The notes under the pieces were generated by a model. The model had not been told where the DNA came from. It saw nothing but the letters and a program-made list of their open reading frames with translations, and ran no database searches. DNA of 64,000 nucleotides from an uncultured Gemmatimonadales bacterium. GTDB lineage: Bacteria; Gemmatimonadota; Gemmatimonadetes; Gemmatimonadales; GWC2-71-9. Of the stretch, positions 49,108 through 58,576 are shown one piece after another. The stretch lies in contig CAVYSW010000003.1 of the NCBI GenBank assembly GCA_963771275.1, forward strand, positions 1,344,001-1,408,000. The letters are read 5' to 3'. A program made the translations under genes and the position numbers. The first letter of the stretch is position 1; every line of letters starts with the position of its first letter.

Positions 49108-49494
49108 GTGAGAGTCGCCATTCCGCGTCTCGGAGAGTCGGTCGCGCCGTGCTTCGGGCACTGCTCCATCATGGCAGTGTTCACGGTGGAGAGCGGTCGG
49201 GTGATCGACCAGATCGACTTTCGCCTCCAGAGCCGCGAGCCGTTCGACCGCGTGCGGCTGCTCCGCGACCAACAGGTCGACACGATCATCTGCGGCGGGG
49301 TGCAGGATGTGTACGAGGCCTCGCTGCGCGCCAACGGCATCCGGGTCATCTCGTGGGTTTCCGGCAGCGTCAACGATCTGCTGGCGTTGTTCGTCCGGGG
49401 CCAGCTGGTGCCCGGGACCGTGACCGGCCGTCGCTCGGCCTACGAGGGGCCGGACCATCCGAAAGGAAGCCACATCGGTGGGCACAAGGGATAA
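49108..49494 (+). CDS. NifB/NifX-family (MTH1175/Orp-like) metal-cluster binding protein
   Basis: MRVAIP...VAPCFGHC, VDTIICGG, GIRVI. Confidence 0.85.
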   Translation: MRVAIPRLGESVAPCFGHCSIMAVFTVESGRVIDQIDFRLQSREPFDRVRLLRDQQVDTIICGGVQDVYEASLRANGIRVISWVSGSVNDLLALFVRGQLVPGTVTGRRSAYEGPDHPKGSHIGGHKG

Positions 49495-50884
49495 GTACAG
49501 CTACTACGTCGAGCCGCGGACGCTCGAGGTCACGGAGCGGGCGCGGAAGTTTCTCGAGGCGTTCGCCGCGGTGCTGGACGCGGGCAACTACGGCCTCGCG
49601 CTCGACACCTATGCGCGGTTGAGCGCGAAGTGCGCGCGGTGTGCGGTCTCCTGCCAGCTCTACGAGACGACGCATGCGGCGCGTGACATTCCCTGCCGCC
49701 GCTCCGATCTGCTGCTGCGCGTGTATCGTCGCTACTTCACGCCGGCCGGGATCGCCCGGGCGAGGCTGTTCGGCGGGTTCACCCTCACGGACCGGTATCT
49801 CGATGTGATGGCCGAGGAGTACTACCGCTGCACGGCGTGCCGGCGGTGCGCGGCCACCTGCCCGGTCGGCATCGACCACGGCCTGGTCACCCACCTCGCG
49901 CGCTGGCTGCTGGCCGAGATCGACGTGATCCCCAAAGCGCTGGTGGTCGCCGTGCGGGAGCAGCTGCAGGGCGTGGGGAACACGTCGGCGATTCCGGTCC
50001 CCGCCCTCAAGGACACGTGCGAGTTCCTGGAGGAGGAGTTCCGCGACATCTACCACGTCGACGTCAAGTTCCCGATGGATGTCGAGGGGGCGGAGTACGT
50101 GTTCTTCCCGGCGGTGTCGGACTACCTGCTCGAGGCGGACACGCTGATGGGTAACGCGGCCGTGCTGCACGTGACGGGCAGCTCGTGGACCATCGGCACG
50201 GGCAACTACGACGGCATCAACTACGGCCTGTTCTACAGCGACCGGATGATGGAGCGCATTGTGCGCAACGTGGTCGCGGAGGTCCACCGGCTCAAGGGCC
50301 GCAAAGTCCTGGTGGGCGAGTGCGGCCACGCGACGCGCAGCGCCTGGTACATCCCGGCGTTCGGCGGCGCGGACCCGCCCCCGGTCGTGAACTGTCTCCA
50401 GTACACGTGCCAGATGCTGGAGGCGGGCCGGATTCCGCTGAAGCCGGAGAAGATCGCAGAGCGGGTGACGTATCACGACCCGTGCAACATCGCCCGCAGC
50501 GGGCGGATCACCGAGGAGCCCAGAGAGATCCTCAAGGCCATCTGCAGCGACTTCGTCGACATGACGCCGAACCGGACCCGGAACTACTGCTGTGGTGGTG
50601 GGGGCGGCACGGTGTCGATCGACGAGATCCGCGCGTTCCGCACGGGCCTCATGGGCAAGCGCAAGGCCGACCAGATCCGCGCCACGGGGGCGAAGGTTGT
50701 CGTCTCCCCCTGCGCCAACTGCAAGAAGCAGCTCCGCGAAGTCTGCCAGGACAACGGGCTGGAAGACGTCGAAGTTCTCGGCCTGCACGATCTGCTGCTG
50801 CGCGTGATCGACTTCGGCGTGGCCGGGCCGCCCGCCGAGCCGGCGGGCGAGGGCGCGCGCAGCTGCGCGGGGCCGGCAACCTGA
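49478..50884 (+). CDS. HmcF/TmcB-like CCG-domain Fe-S protein (DsrK/HdrD family)
   Basis: CARCAVSC, CTACRRCAATC, GECGH, YHDPCN, CCGGGGG, PCANC. Confidence 0.85.
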   Translation: MGTRDKYSYYVEPRTLEVTERARKFLEAFAAVLDAGNYGLALDTYARLSAKCARCAVSCQLYETTHAARDIPCRRSDLLLRVYRRYFTPAGIARARLFGGFTLTDRYLDVMAEEYYRCTACRRCAATCPVGIDHGLVTHLARWLLAEIDVIPKALVVAVREQLQGVGNTSAIPVPALKDTCEFLEEEFRDIYHVDVKFPMDVEGAEYVFFPAVSDYLLEADTLMGNAAVLHVTGSSWTIGTGNYDGINYGLFYSDRMMERIVRNVVAEVHRLKGRKVLVGECGHATRSAWYIPAFGGADPPPVVNCLQYTCQMLEAGRIPLKPEKIAERVTYHDPCNIARSGRITEEPREILKAICSDFVDMTPNRTRNYCCGGGGGTVSIDEIRAFRTGLMGKRKADQIRATGAKVVVSPCANCKKQLREVCQDNGLEDVEVLGLHDLLLRVIDFGVAGPPAEPAGEGARSCAGPAT

Positions 50885-50902
50885 CAAGAAGGAGCGTGGG
50901 AC

Positions 50903-51604
50903 GTGGAAGGCTGGATCGCATTCGCTCGTGGGCCGATGTTCCGGGCTGCCCTGGTGTTCATGGTGCTGGGGCTGGTGCGCCACGCCGTGATGACCATCTG
51001 GGAGATGCGACGAATCGTGCGCCGGGCGGGTGACAAGACGATTCCGTATCGCAAGGTGCTGATCGCGACGGTGAAGTGGCTGCTTCCGGTGGGGAAGATC
51101 CACCAGCGCCTGCCGTACAGCCTGACGACGCTGGTCTTCCACGTCTCGGTCGTCATCGTGCCGCTCTTCCTCGCCGGGCACATCGCCCTCTGGGCGGCGG
51201 GGACCGGCGTGTCGTGGCCGGCCATCTCGAACGGCCTCGCGGACATTCTGACGATCGCCGCGGTCGTGACCGCCCTGCTGCTCGTGGTGGAGCGGGCGGC
51301 CGCGGCCGACTCCCGGGTGTTGAGCCGGTTTCAGGACTATGTCATCCCGCTCCTGATCGCCGTGCCGTTCGCCTCCGGGTTTCTCGTCCGGCATCCGGCG
51401 TGGAATCCGTTGCCGCTCGATGCGGCGCTTCTCGTGCACGTCGTGAGCGCGAACTTCCTGCTCATCCTGATTCCCCTGACCAAGCTCAGTCACATGATCC
51501 TGATGCCGGCCACCCCGTTGGTGTCCGAGCTGGCATGGCACTTCCCGCCGGACGCCGGACAGCGGGTCGGCGTCGCGCTCGGCAAAGCGGAGCAACCGAT
51601 ATGA
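50903..51604 (+). CDS. HmcE-like membrane cytochrome b (NarI family)
   Basis: FARGPMF, FHVSVVIVPLFLAGHI, HVVSAN..LILIPLTKLSHM. Confidence 0.82.
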   Translation: MEGWIAFARGPMFRAALVFMVLGLVRHAVMTIWEMRRIVRRAGDKTIPYRKVLIATVKWLLPVGKIHQRLPYSLTTLVFHVSVVIVPLFLAGHIALWAAGTGVSWPAISNGLADILTIAAVVTALLLVVERAAAADSRVLSRFQDYVIPLLIAVPFASGFLVRHPAWNPLPLDAALLVHVVSANFLLILIPLTKLSHMILMPATPLVSELAWHFPPDAGQRVGVALGKAEQPI

Positions 51605-52383
51605 CCGAACGTGTGGCCATCCTGACCGACACGACGCGCTGCACCGGATGCGACAAGTGCGTGGTCGCGTGCAAGGAGAAGAACAAGCTGGGTGAGGACC
51701 ACGCGTGGCGCTGGCAGGGAGCCGTGGATGACCTGTCGTCGTCGCGCCTGTGCACGATCATCCGGCGCCCCGGGGGGCACTTCATCCGCCAGCAGTGCCG
51801 GCACTGCCTCGAGCCGGCGTGCGTCAGCGCCTGTCTGGTGGGCGCGCTGCAGCAGACGCCCGAGGGCGCGGTCGTGTACGACAGCGACCGCTGCATGGGC
51901 TGCCGCTACTGCCTGGTGGCGTGTCCCTACGGGATCCCGCGCTACGAGTGGCAGGATGCGGTGCCGCACGTGCGCAAGTGCACGCTCTGTGCGGACCGGA
52001 TCGCGGAGGGCAAGATCCCGGCGTGTGTCGAGGCGTGTCCGGAGAAGGCGACGATCTTCGGCACCCGGGAGGAGCTGCTCGCCGAGGCGCACCATCGGCT
52101 CGCCGCCCATCCCGCGCGCTACGTGCAGCGGGTGTTCGGCGAGCACGAGGTCGGCGGCACGTCCGTGCTGTACATCTCGGATCTGCCGCTCGACTTCCTG
52201 GGCTGGCAGCCCGACCTGGGTCCGCGGCCGCTGCCGGAGCGCTCGTGGGCATCGCTGCACAAGGTGCCGCCGCTCATGCTCGCCGTCGGAGGCCTGATGA
52301 GCGGCGTGTACTGGGTGATCGGGCGGCGCATGAAGCTGGCGTCGGAACGGGACGCCGCGCCGCGCGAGGCGGACGATGAATAG
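51601..52383 (+). CDS. HmcB/HybA-like 4x[4Fe-4S] protein with C-terminal TM anchor
   Basis: CTGCDKCVVAC, CRHCLEPAC, CMGCRYC, KCTLC, GEHEVGGTSVLY. ATG 51601 overlaps the upstream stop. Confidence 0.88.
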   Translation: MTERVAILTDTTRCTGCDKCVVACKEKNKLGEDHAWRWQGAVDDLSSSRLCTIIRRPGGHFIRQQCRHCLEPACVSACLVGALQQTPEGAVVYDSDRCMGCRYCLVACPYGIPRYEWQDAVPHVRKCTLCADRIAEGKIPACVEACPEKATIFGTREELLAEAHHRLAAHPARYVQRVFGEHEVGGTSVLYISDLPLDFLGWQPDLGPRPLPERSWASLHKVPPLMLAVGGLMSGVYWVIGRRMKLASERDAAPREADDE

Positions 52384-54401
52384 ACGCCTGGTCGTCCTCA
52401 AGACGGCGCTCTGGGGTCTGGTGGGGGTGCTGGCCGCCGTGACGGTCGTTCGCTTCACGCGCGGTCTGGGAGCGGTCACCGACCTGTCCGACGCCGCGCC
52501 CTGGGGTCTGTGGATCGGCTTCGACGTGATGGCCGGCGTGGCCCTGGCCGCCGGCGGGTTCGTGCTGGCGGGCACGGTGTACATCTTCGGACTGGAGCGG
52601 TACCGGTCCTTCGTCCGGCCGGCGATCCTCACGGCGTTCCTGGGCTATGTGGCCGTGGCGGTCGGGACTGCTGTACGATCTCGGCCTGCCGTGGCACATC
52701 TGGCACCCGCTGATCTACTGGCAGTACCACTCCGTACTGTTCGAAGTCGCGGCCTGCGTGATGTGTTACCTGACGGTGCTCACGCTGGAATTCGCGCCGG
52801 TCGTGCTGGAGCACCCGTGGTTCGCGCGGCCGGCGTTCCGGAAGGTGTTGGGCGGCTTGAAGCGGATCACGATCGGCCTGGTGATCGCGGGGATCGTTCT
52901 CTCGACCCTGCACCAGTCGTCGCTCGGCTCACTGTTCCTCATCACCCCCTATCGACTCCACCCGCTGTGGTACAGCCCGATCATCTACGTGCTGTTCTTC
53001 GTGTCGGCGGTGGGGTTGGGGCTCATGACGGTCGTGCTGGAATCGCTGCTGGCGGCGGTGTTCCTGGGGCACAAGGTGCACGTGAAGCTGCTCGCCGGGC
53101 TCGGCAAGGCGGCGGCCGTGGTGCTCGGTCTCTACACCGTGTTGCGGTTGGGTGACCTGGCGGTGCGTGGGGTGCTGCCGTCGGTGCTGGACGGCTCGTG
53201 GCAGAGCGCGCTGTTCGTCTTCGAGCTCGGGATCAGCGCCATGATCCCCGCCGGCCTGCTGCTGCTGCCGCGGGTCCGCGCGAGCGTGGCGGGGCTGGCC
53301 GTGTGCGCCGGCATGACCGTCGCCGGCATGGTGCTGAACCGGGTCGACGTCTGCATGGTGGCGTTCGCGCGGCCGCAAAACATGGGCTACTTCCCGCGCT
53401 GGATGGAGTTCGCCGTCAGCGTGGGTATCGTCGCGGCCGCCGTGCTGGCGTTCGTCTTCTTCGTCGAGCGCTTCCGGGTCTACCTGGACGAAGACGCTCC
53501 CCAGCCCCACGCGGAGCCGTCGTTCCATCCCGCGGCGCTGCGGAACCTGCTCCCGTCCAGGCTGGCCGCGCCGCGCCGGTTCTCGCTGGCGGCCATCTCG
53601 GGCGCCGCCGCGGCGGTGCTGTTCCTGCCGGGCCAGGCGTTCACGGGCGCGGTGCCCACCCGCACCCCGGCGCTGGCCCCACGCACGGTCGAGGCCACCG
53701 CGGTGACGGGGGCCCGTGGTGAGCGCCGCAAGCTGCTGCTGGCGGGACACCCGGGAGTGCCGGGGGACGGCCGCCAGGTGCGGGTGCTGATGATCGACGG
53801 CAACCGGAACGGCGACGCCGTGCTGTTCGACCACGACAACCACATCGAGCGGCTGCATGGCGATGCGTCGTGCAAGGCGTGCCATCATCTCAATCTGCCG
53901 CTCGACGACGACGCGCCCTGCTACGCCTGTCACCGCGACATGTACGAGCCGACATCGCCGTTCGACCACGCGCTCCACGTGCAGGAGTTGCGCGGCAATG
54001 CGGGCTGCGGCAAGTGCCACAAGGACCCCGCCGCCGCAAAGACTCTCGAGGCGGCCGCCCCGTGCGCCGAGTGTCACAAGGACCTGGTGGTTGCGGGGTC
54101 CAGAATCGCGGCGCCGCACGACGTGTGGCGGCCGGCGGCCGGCTACGTGGCGGCGATGCATGGGCTGTGCGTCAAGTGTCATGAGGAGAACGTCCGCGAG
54201 CGGCCAGCGGACACGCCGCAGCACCTGGAGCGCTGCGACACGTGTCATGACGCGGACCGCGGTGTGGATCTGGAGCGCATGAGGCCGGACAACGCCAGGC
54301 TGCGCGACGGGCGGGGTGCCCGTACCGGCGGGAGCCGGGGCGGTGACGAGGTTCGAGGCGCGGCGACGGCCGCCGGGCCACGGCCCGACGGGAAAGGGTG
54401 A
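52376..54401 (+). CDS. HmcC/HybB (NrfD family) membrane subunit fused to a hexaheme cytochrome c; one frameshift at ~52665
   Basis: LSDAAPWGLWIGFDV (track ORF 52376) continues as LLYDLG.PW...LSTLHQSSLGSL (track ORF 52647). The C-terminus carries six CxxCH motifs. Confidence 0.82.
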
Positions 54402-54403
54402 AC

Positions 54404-55543
54404 ATGCCAACCGCGATTGACACGTGGCTGCGCGCGCACCTGTTCGACGAGGTGCCGGTCAGCATCTGCGTGATCGACCGGGACTTTCGGATCGTCAGGG
54501 CGAACCGCCGGTTTTGCAGCGAGTACGGACCGTGCGACGGCCGGCGGTGCTACGAGGCCTACAAAGGCCGGCACAGCCGCTGCGACCAGTGCGCCGCGGT
54601 GAAGACGTTCGACGACGGGAAGATCCGCAGCCGTGAGGAGGAAGGCAGCGTCCGTGACGGGAGCCCGGCCCACTACATGGTGCACATGGTACCCATCGCG
54701 CGGCCCGATGGGAGCATCCCGTACGTCATCGAGATGTCCACCGACATCACGTCGGTCAAGCGACTCGAGCGGGAGAAGCGGGAGGCCGAGCGGCTGGCGG
54801 CCGTCGGCGAGACCGTCGCGGGCCTCGCGCACGGGATCAAGAACGTGCTGATGGGCTTGGAAGGCGGCATGTACGCGGTCAACACGGGCATCCAGCGAGC
54901 GGATGACGAGCGGATCGCCCAGGGCTGGCTCATGCTGGAGGAGAACATCGCGCGGATCTCGGAGTTCACGCAGGAGTTTCTCGATTTCGCCAAAGGCCGG
55001 CCGGCGGACGTGGCGCTGGTGGATCCCAACAGTCCCGCGCGGAAGGTCGCGGAGCTGTTCCGGGAGAAAGCGGCGAAAATGGGGATCACGCTGCACACCG
55101 AGCTGGGGGACGGGATCGCGCCCGCGCCGCTGGACGCGGACGGGATTCACACGTGCCTGGCGAACCTGGTGTCGAACGCGCTCGACGCGTGCCGGGCGAG
55201 CGACAAGGACCGCGCCTACACGGTGACGCTGACGTCCCGGGATGCGGACAGCGTGCTGGTCTACGAGGTGTCCGACAACGGCCGCGGCATGGACTATGAG
55301 GTGAGCCGCAAGGTATTCGCGCGGTTCTTCACGACGAAGGGATCACACCGGGGTGTCGGGCTGGGACTGCTCACCACCCGGAAGATCGTCGATCAGCACG
55401 GCGGCCGTGTATCCTTCACCTCCAAGGAGGGGGAGGGCTCCCGGTTCCGCATCGAGCTTCCCCGGGACAGGCTGCCGCGGCCCACCGAGCAGGCGGCGTC
55501 GCTTCAGCCGGCAGCGAACGACGACGCTCACGCGAGGCGCTGA
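54404..55543 (+). CDS. Cytoplasmic PAS sensor histidine kinase
   Basis: Cys-rich PAS (RRCYEAYKGRHSRCDQC), AHGIKN, NLVSNA, DNGRG, FFTTK, GVGLGL. Confidence 0.9.
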   Translation: MPTAIDTWLRAHLFDEVPVSICVIDRDFRIVRANRRFCSEYGPCDGRRCYEAYKGRHSRCDQCAAVKTFDDGKIRSREEEGSVRDGSPAHYMVHMVPIARPDGSIPYVIEMSTDITSVKRLEREKREAERLAAVGETVAGLAHGIKNVLMGLEGGMYAVNTGIQRADDERIAQGWLMLEENIARISEFTQEFLDFAKGRPADVALVDPNSPARKVAELFREKAAKMGITLHTELGDGIAPAPLDADGIHTCLANLVSNALDACRASDKDRAYTVTLTSRDADSVLVYEVSDNGRGMDYEVSRKVFARFFTTKGSHRGVGLGLLTTRKIVDQHGGRVSFTSKEGEGSRFRIELPRDRLPRPTEQAASLQPAANDDAHARR

Positions 55544-55547
55544 GATC

Positions 55548-56093
55548 ATGGTGCAAGCCCAGGACAAGACCGTACTCGTGGTCGACGACGAGCCGAACGT
55601 CCGGAGCTACCTGGCGCAGATTCTCAAGGACGCGGGGTTCACCGTCGTGACGGCGGCCGATGGTGACGAGGCGCTGGAGCTGATCCGCAGCCGGCCGCCG
55701 GACTTCATCTCGCTGGACCTGGTGATGCCGCGGAAGAGCGGGCGCCGGCTGCTGTACGAGCTGCGGAAGGACCGGCACCTGGCCCAGATCCCCGTCCTCA
55801 TCGTCACCGCCCACGCGCAGGATGACCTGGGCCGGTCCGACATGGACGATCTCATGCAGGGCAAGGTGCTGTCCGGGACGGGCGTGTACCTGGAGAAGCC
55901 GGTGAAGCCGCTGGACTACGTGCGCATCGTCCAATCGGCGCTGGGCATCGCGGAGGCCGACCACACGGTCGACCGGATCAGTCTCAAGGAAGAGCTGGAG
56001 CGGCAGATCCAGGGGGCGGAGCCGCACGCGCTGCGCCGTGCCCTCGAGATCCTCAAGAAGAAACCGCGGCCCGACGCCACCGATCAGCAGTGA
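55548..56093 (+). CDS. Response regulator (receiver plus short helical tail)
   Basis: VLVVDDE, SLDLVMP, VTAH, LEKP. Confidence 0.88.
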   Translation: MVQAQDKTVLVVDDEPNVRSYLAQILKDAGFTVVTAADGDEALELIRSRPPDFISLDLVMPRKSGRRLLYELRKDRHLAQIPVLIVTAHAQDDLGRSDMDDLMQGKVLSGTGVYLEKPVKPLDYVRIVQSALGIAEADHTVDRISLKEELERQIQGAEPHALRRALEILKKKPRPDATDQQ

Positions 56094-56119
56094 GCGGGAC
56101 CGCTCAAGGAGGCCTGTCC

Positions 56120-56551
56120 ATGTCGACCGCCGGCGGAAGCAACGGCAAGAAGAAGATCCTCATCGTGGAGGACGAGCCCGACGTCGTGGCGTATCTCGAG
56201 ATGCTGCTGCGTGACGCCGGGTACGCCACGGTGTCGGCCCGGGACGGGCTCGAGGGCTTGAAGCTGGCGCGGCGGGAGAAGCCCGATCTCGTGACGCTGG
56301 ACATCGTGATGCCCGAGACCACCGGCGCGCGCTTCTACAAGGAGATCCGGAGCGATCCGGAGCTCGCCAAGATCCCGGTGGTTATCGTCACCGCGGTCCG
56401 AGGATACGCCGGCGATCCGTACGGCTACGAGAAGTTCATCAGCAAGCGGCACTCGGTGCCGCCGCCGGATGGCTTCTTCCCCAAGCCGATCGACAAGGAC
56501 GCGTTTCTCGAGGCGGTGCGAAAGCTGGTCTCGCGCGCGGCTGTGAGTTAG
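56120..56551 (+). CDS. Single-domain response regulator
   Basis: ILIVEDE, TLDIVMP, VTAV, FPKP. Confidence 0.88.
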   Translation: MSTAGGSNGKKKILIVEDEPDVVAYLEMLLRDAGYATVSARDGLEGLKLARREKPDLVTLDIVMPETTGARFYKEIRSDPELAKIPVVIVTAVRGYAGDPYGYEKFISKRHSVPPPDGFFPKPIDKDAFLEAVRKLVSRAAVS

Positions 56552-56620
56552 CCACCCCACAGTGCTTCCGCCGAAACCGCGGTTTTGGCTGGGGGTACGT
56601 ACTTGGGGAGGAGTGGTGAC

Positions 56621-57118
56621 ATGGTTCATCGCTTGGTGGGCTGCGCGTGGCTGGTGGCCGTTGGGCTTGGCGTGCTGGCTGCCGCGCCCGTCCAACGGCA
56701 GGCGCAGCTGGTCGGGCAGGAGTCGCCCCAACCGTGCCGGCTTCCGCGCTCCGTCATACCGGCCGTCCCCGAGAAGATGCCCATACCGGATTCCATCTGG
56801 GCCGAGATCAACGCGCCGGAGAACATCGTACACGACGATTCGGTCGTGGCTGGGCCCTACCCGCGCGACTTGATCGTCCTCTGGTTTCGTGACGAGGCCA
56901 CGCAGGCCGAGCGGCAAGGTGCCGTGGATCTCATCGGTGCCCAACTTATTGGGAGTGCTCCCATGCGTCCGGGTGGGCCTTACTTCTTGCGCATCTGCCA
57001 CGACGGCACCACGGGACCGCTTCACGCGGCCATCAGGCGGCTGCGGGCGCTTCCGGGAGTCGCGGCCGTCACCACGCTCCCCCCGCCGCTGAGCCCGGCG
57101 GCCCACCCAGAGCGCTGA
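56621..57118 (+). CDS. Hypothetical secreted protein, paralog 1
   Basis: Signal-like N-terminus; clearly homologous to the next ORF. Confidence 0.6.
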   Translation: MVHRLVGCAWLVAVGLGVLAAAPVQRQAQLVGQESPQPCRLPRSVIPAVPEKMPIPDSIWAEINAPENIVHDDSVVAGPYPRDLIVLWFRDEATQAERQGAVDLIGAQLIGSAPMRPGGPYFLRICHDGTTGPLHAAIRRLRALPGVAAVTTLPPPLSPAAHPER

Positions 57119-57141
57119 CCGGGGTTGGGGCAGGCGGTACG

Positions 57142-57642
57142 ATGCCTGTAGGAGAATCCCAGGTAGCACCTGCCTCCACGATGGGTCCGTGGTCTGCAAT
57201 CGTTGCGCTTGCCTTGTTGGTGAACGCGCCTTTCCTGCACGCAGCGCGGTTGGTGGGTCAAGAGTCGCCCAAACCCTGCCGGCTTCCGCACTCTGTCGTT
57301 TCCGCACCGCCTGACAGCTTTTCGGCCGAAGTCGCCAAAGAAGTCTACGCTCCGGAGAACATCGTCTGGGTTGATTCGATCATGACCGGCCCGTATCCGC
57401 GTGACATGATCTGGCTCTGGTTCTATGACGACACGCCATACGCCGACCGGCAGGCGGCCATTGACTCGATCGGCGGGACGGTAGTAGGCGGCTACCCGTT
57501 CCGGCCGGGTGGTGCCTACTACGTGCGCATTTGCCACGACGGAACCGCTGGGCCGCTGCACCGGGCGATTCGACGGCTGCAGGCCCTTCCCGGAGTCCGG
57601 CTGGCCACGCCAGACCTTGAGATGGCCCTGCGTCCGACGTAG
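57142..57642 (+). CDS. Hypothetical secreted protein, paralog 2
   Basis: Shares LVGQESPxPCRLP, APENIV, GPYPRD, RPGG.Y..RICHDGT.GPLH.AIRRL.ALPGV with paralog 1. The start may be ATG 57181. Confidence 0.6.
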   Translation: MPVGESQVAPASTMGPWSAIVALALLVNAPFLHAARLVGQESPKPCRLPHSVVSAPPDSFSAEVAKEVYAPENIVWVDSIMTGPYPRDMIWLWFYDDTPYADRQAAIDSIGGTVVGGYPFRPGGAYYVRICHDGTAGPLHRAIRRLQALPGVRLATPDLEMALRPT

Positions 57643-57685
57643 CTACGGCCATCGGACGGCCCCCCCGACCTGTGCAGGGCAATCC

Positions 57686-58576
57686 CTAGCCCGCTTCCCC
57701 AAGCTCCGCCAGCAGTCGCCGCGCGAGTCGCACTCCGACATCGTCGGGGTCCGGGCCCTCCTCGGTGCCTTGGACGTCGCGGGTCTGGTCGTCACTGAAC
57801 AGGCGCCCCCGCAGGGCCACGAGATCGGCACGCAGCGTCGCCAGCGCCCCGACTGGCGCGTGACAGCCTGCGTTGATCTCGCGGAGCAGGGCCCGCTCGG
57901 CGGTCACGGTCCGGCGGGTGGTCGGGTCGTCGATCGCCGCGACGAGGCCGGCGACCTCACTCCCTGCCCGCGCCTGCACCGCCAGCGCTCCCTGCGCCGG
58001 CGCCGGCAGGAACCGCTCGAGTGGGAGATCGATCCGATGGGGGTGATCGATGCCCAGGCGGTTGAGCCCCGCGGCCGCGAGGATCACGCCGTCCAGGCCC
58101 TCCCGTTCCAGCTTGGCAATCCGCGTGGGCACGTTGCCCCGGATGGGCACGATCTCCACCTTGCACAGCCGCTTGATCTGCGCGGCGCGGCGCGGGCTGT
58201 TGGTGCCGATGCGGGCGCCGGCCGGGAGGTCTTCCAGCCTCCTCGCGCCGCGGGTGAGCAGCACGTCGTGCGGCGCCTCCCGGAGCGGGATCGCGGCGAT
58301 TGCGAGACCGTCGGTAGGCGCGGTCGGCAGGTCCTTGTAGCTGTGCACCGCCACGTCGATCCGCCGCTCGAGCAAGGCCTGCTCCAGCGCGGTCACGAAG
58401 GCGCCCTCGGGCCAGGCGGGACCGAACGGCTGGTCCGGCACTCGATCGCCGTGAGTCTTGATGATCACCTGCTCGACGGCGAGCGACGGGTGCGCCTCAC
58501 GCAGCCGATCGCACACCCAGCCGGTCTGCCGGAGCGCCAGGTCGCTGCCGCGCGTGCCGACCCGGACGGCCGTCAC
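57686..58576 (-). CDS. hemC: Hydroxymethylbilane synthase
   Basis: VGTRGSDLAL.Q, AVHSYKDLP, GTNSPRR, IRGNVPTR, PAPAQGAL, AGCHAP. Confidence 0.96.
   Translation of the reverse strand: MTAVRVGTRGSDLALRQTGWVCDRLREAHPSLAVEQVIIKTHGDRVPDQPFGPAWPEGAFVTALEQALLERRIDVAVHSYKDLPTAPTDGLAIAAIPLREAPHDVLLTRGARRLEDLPAGARIGTNSPRRAAQIKRLCKVEIVPIRGNVPTRIAKLEREGLDGVILAAAGLNRLGIDHPHRIDLPLERFLPAPAQGALAVQARAGSEVAGLVAAIDDPTTRRTVTAERALLREINAGCHAPVGALATLRADLVALRGRLFSDDQTRDVQGTEEGPDPDDVGVRLARRLLAELGEAG

Noticed and set aside
49108..49494. NifX-like gene as evidence of nitrogen fixation
   Set aside because: No nif structural genes are present, and this family is widespread in non-diazotrophic anaerobes.
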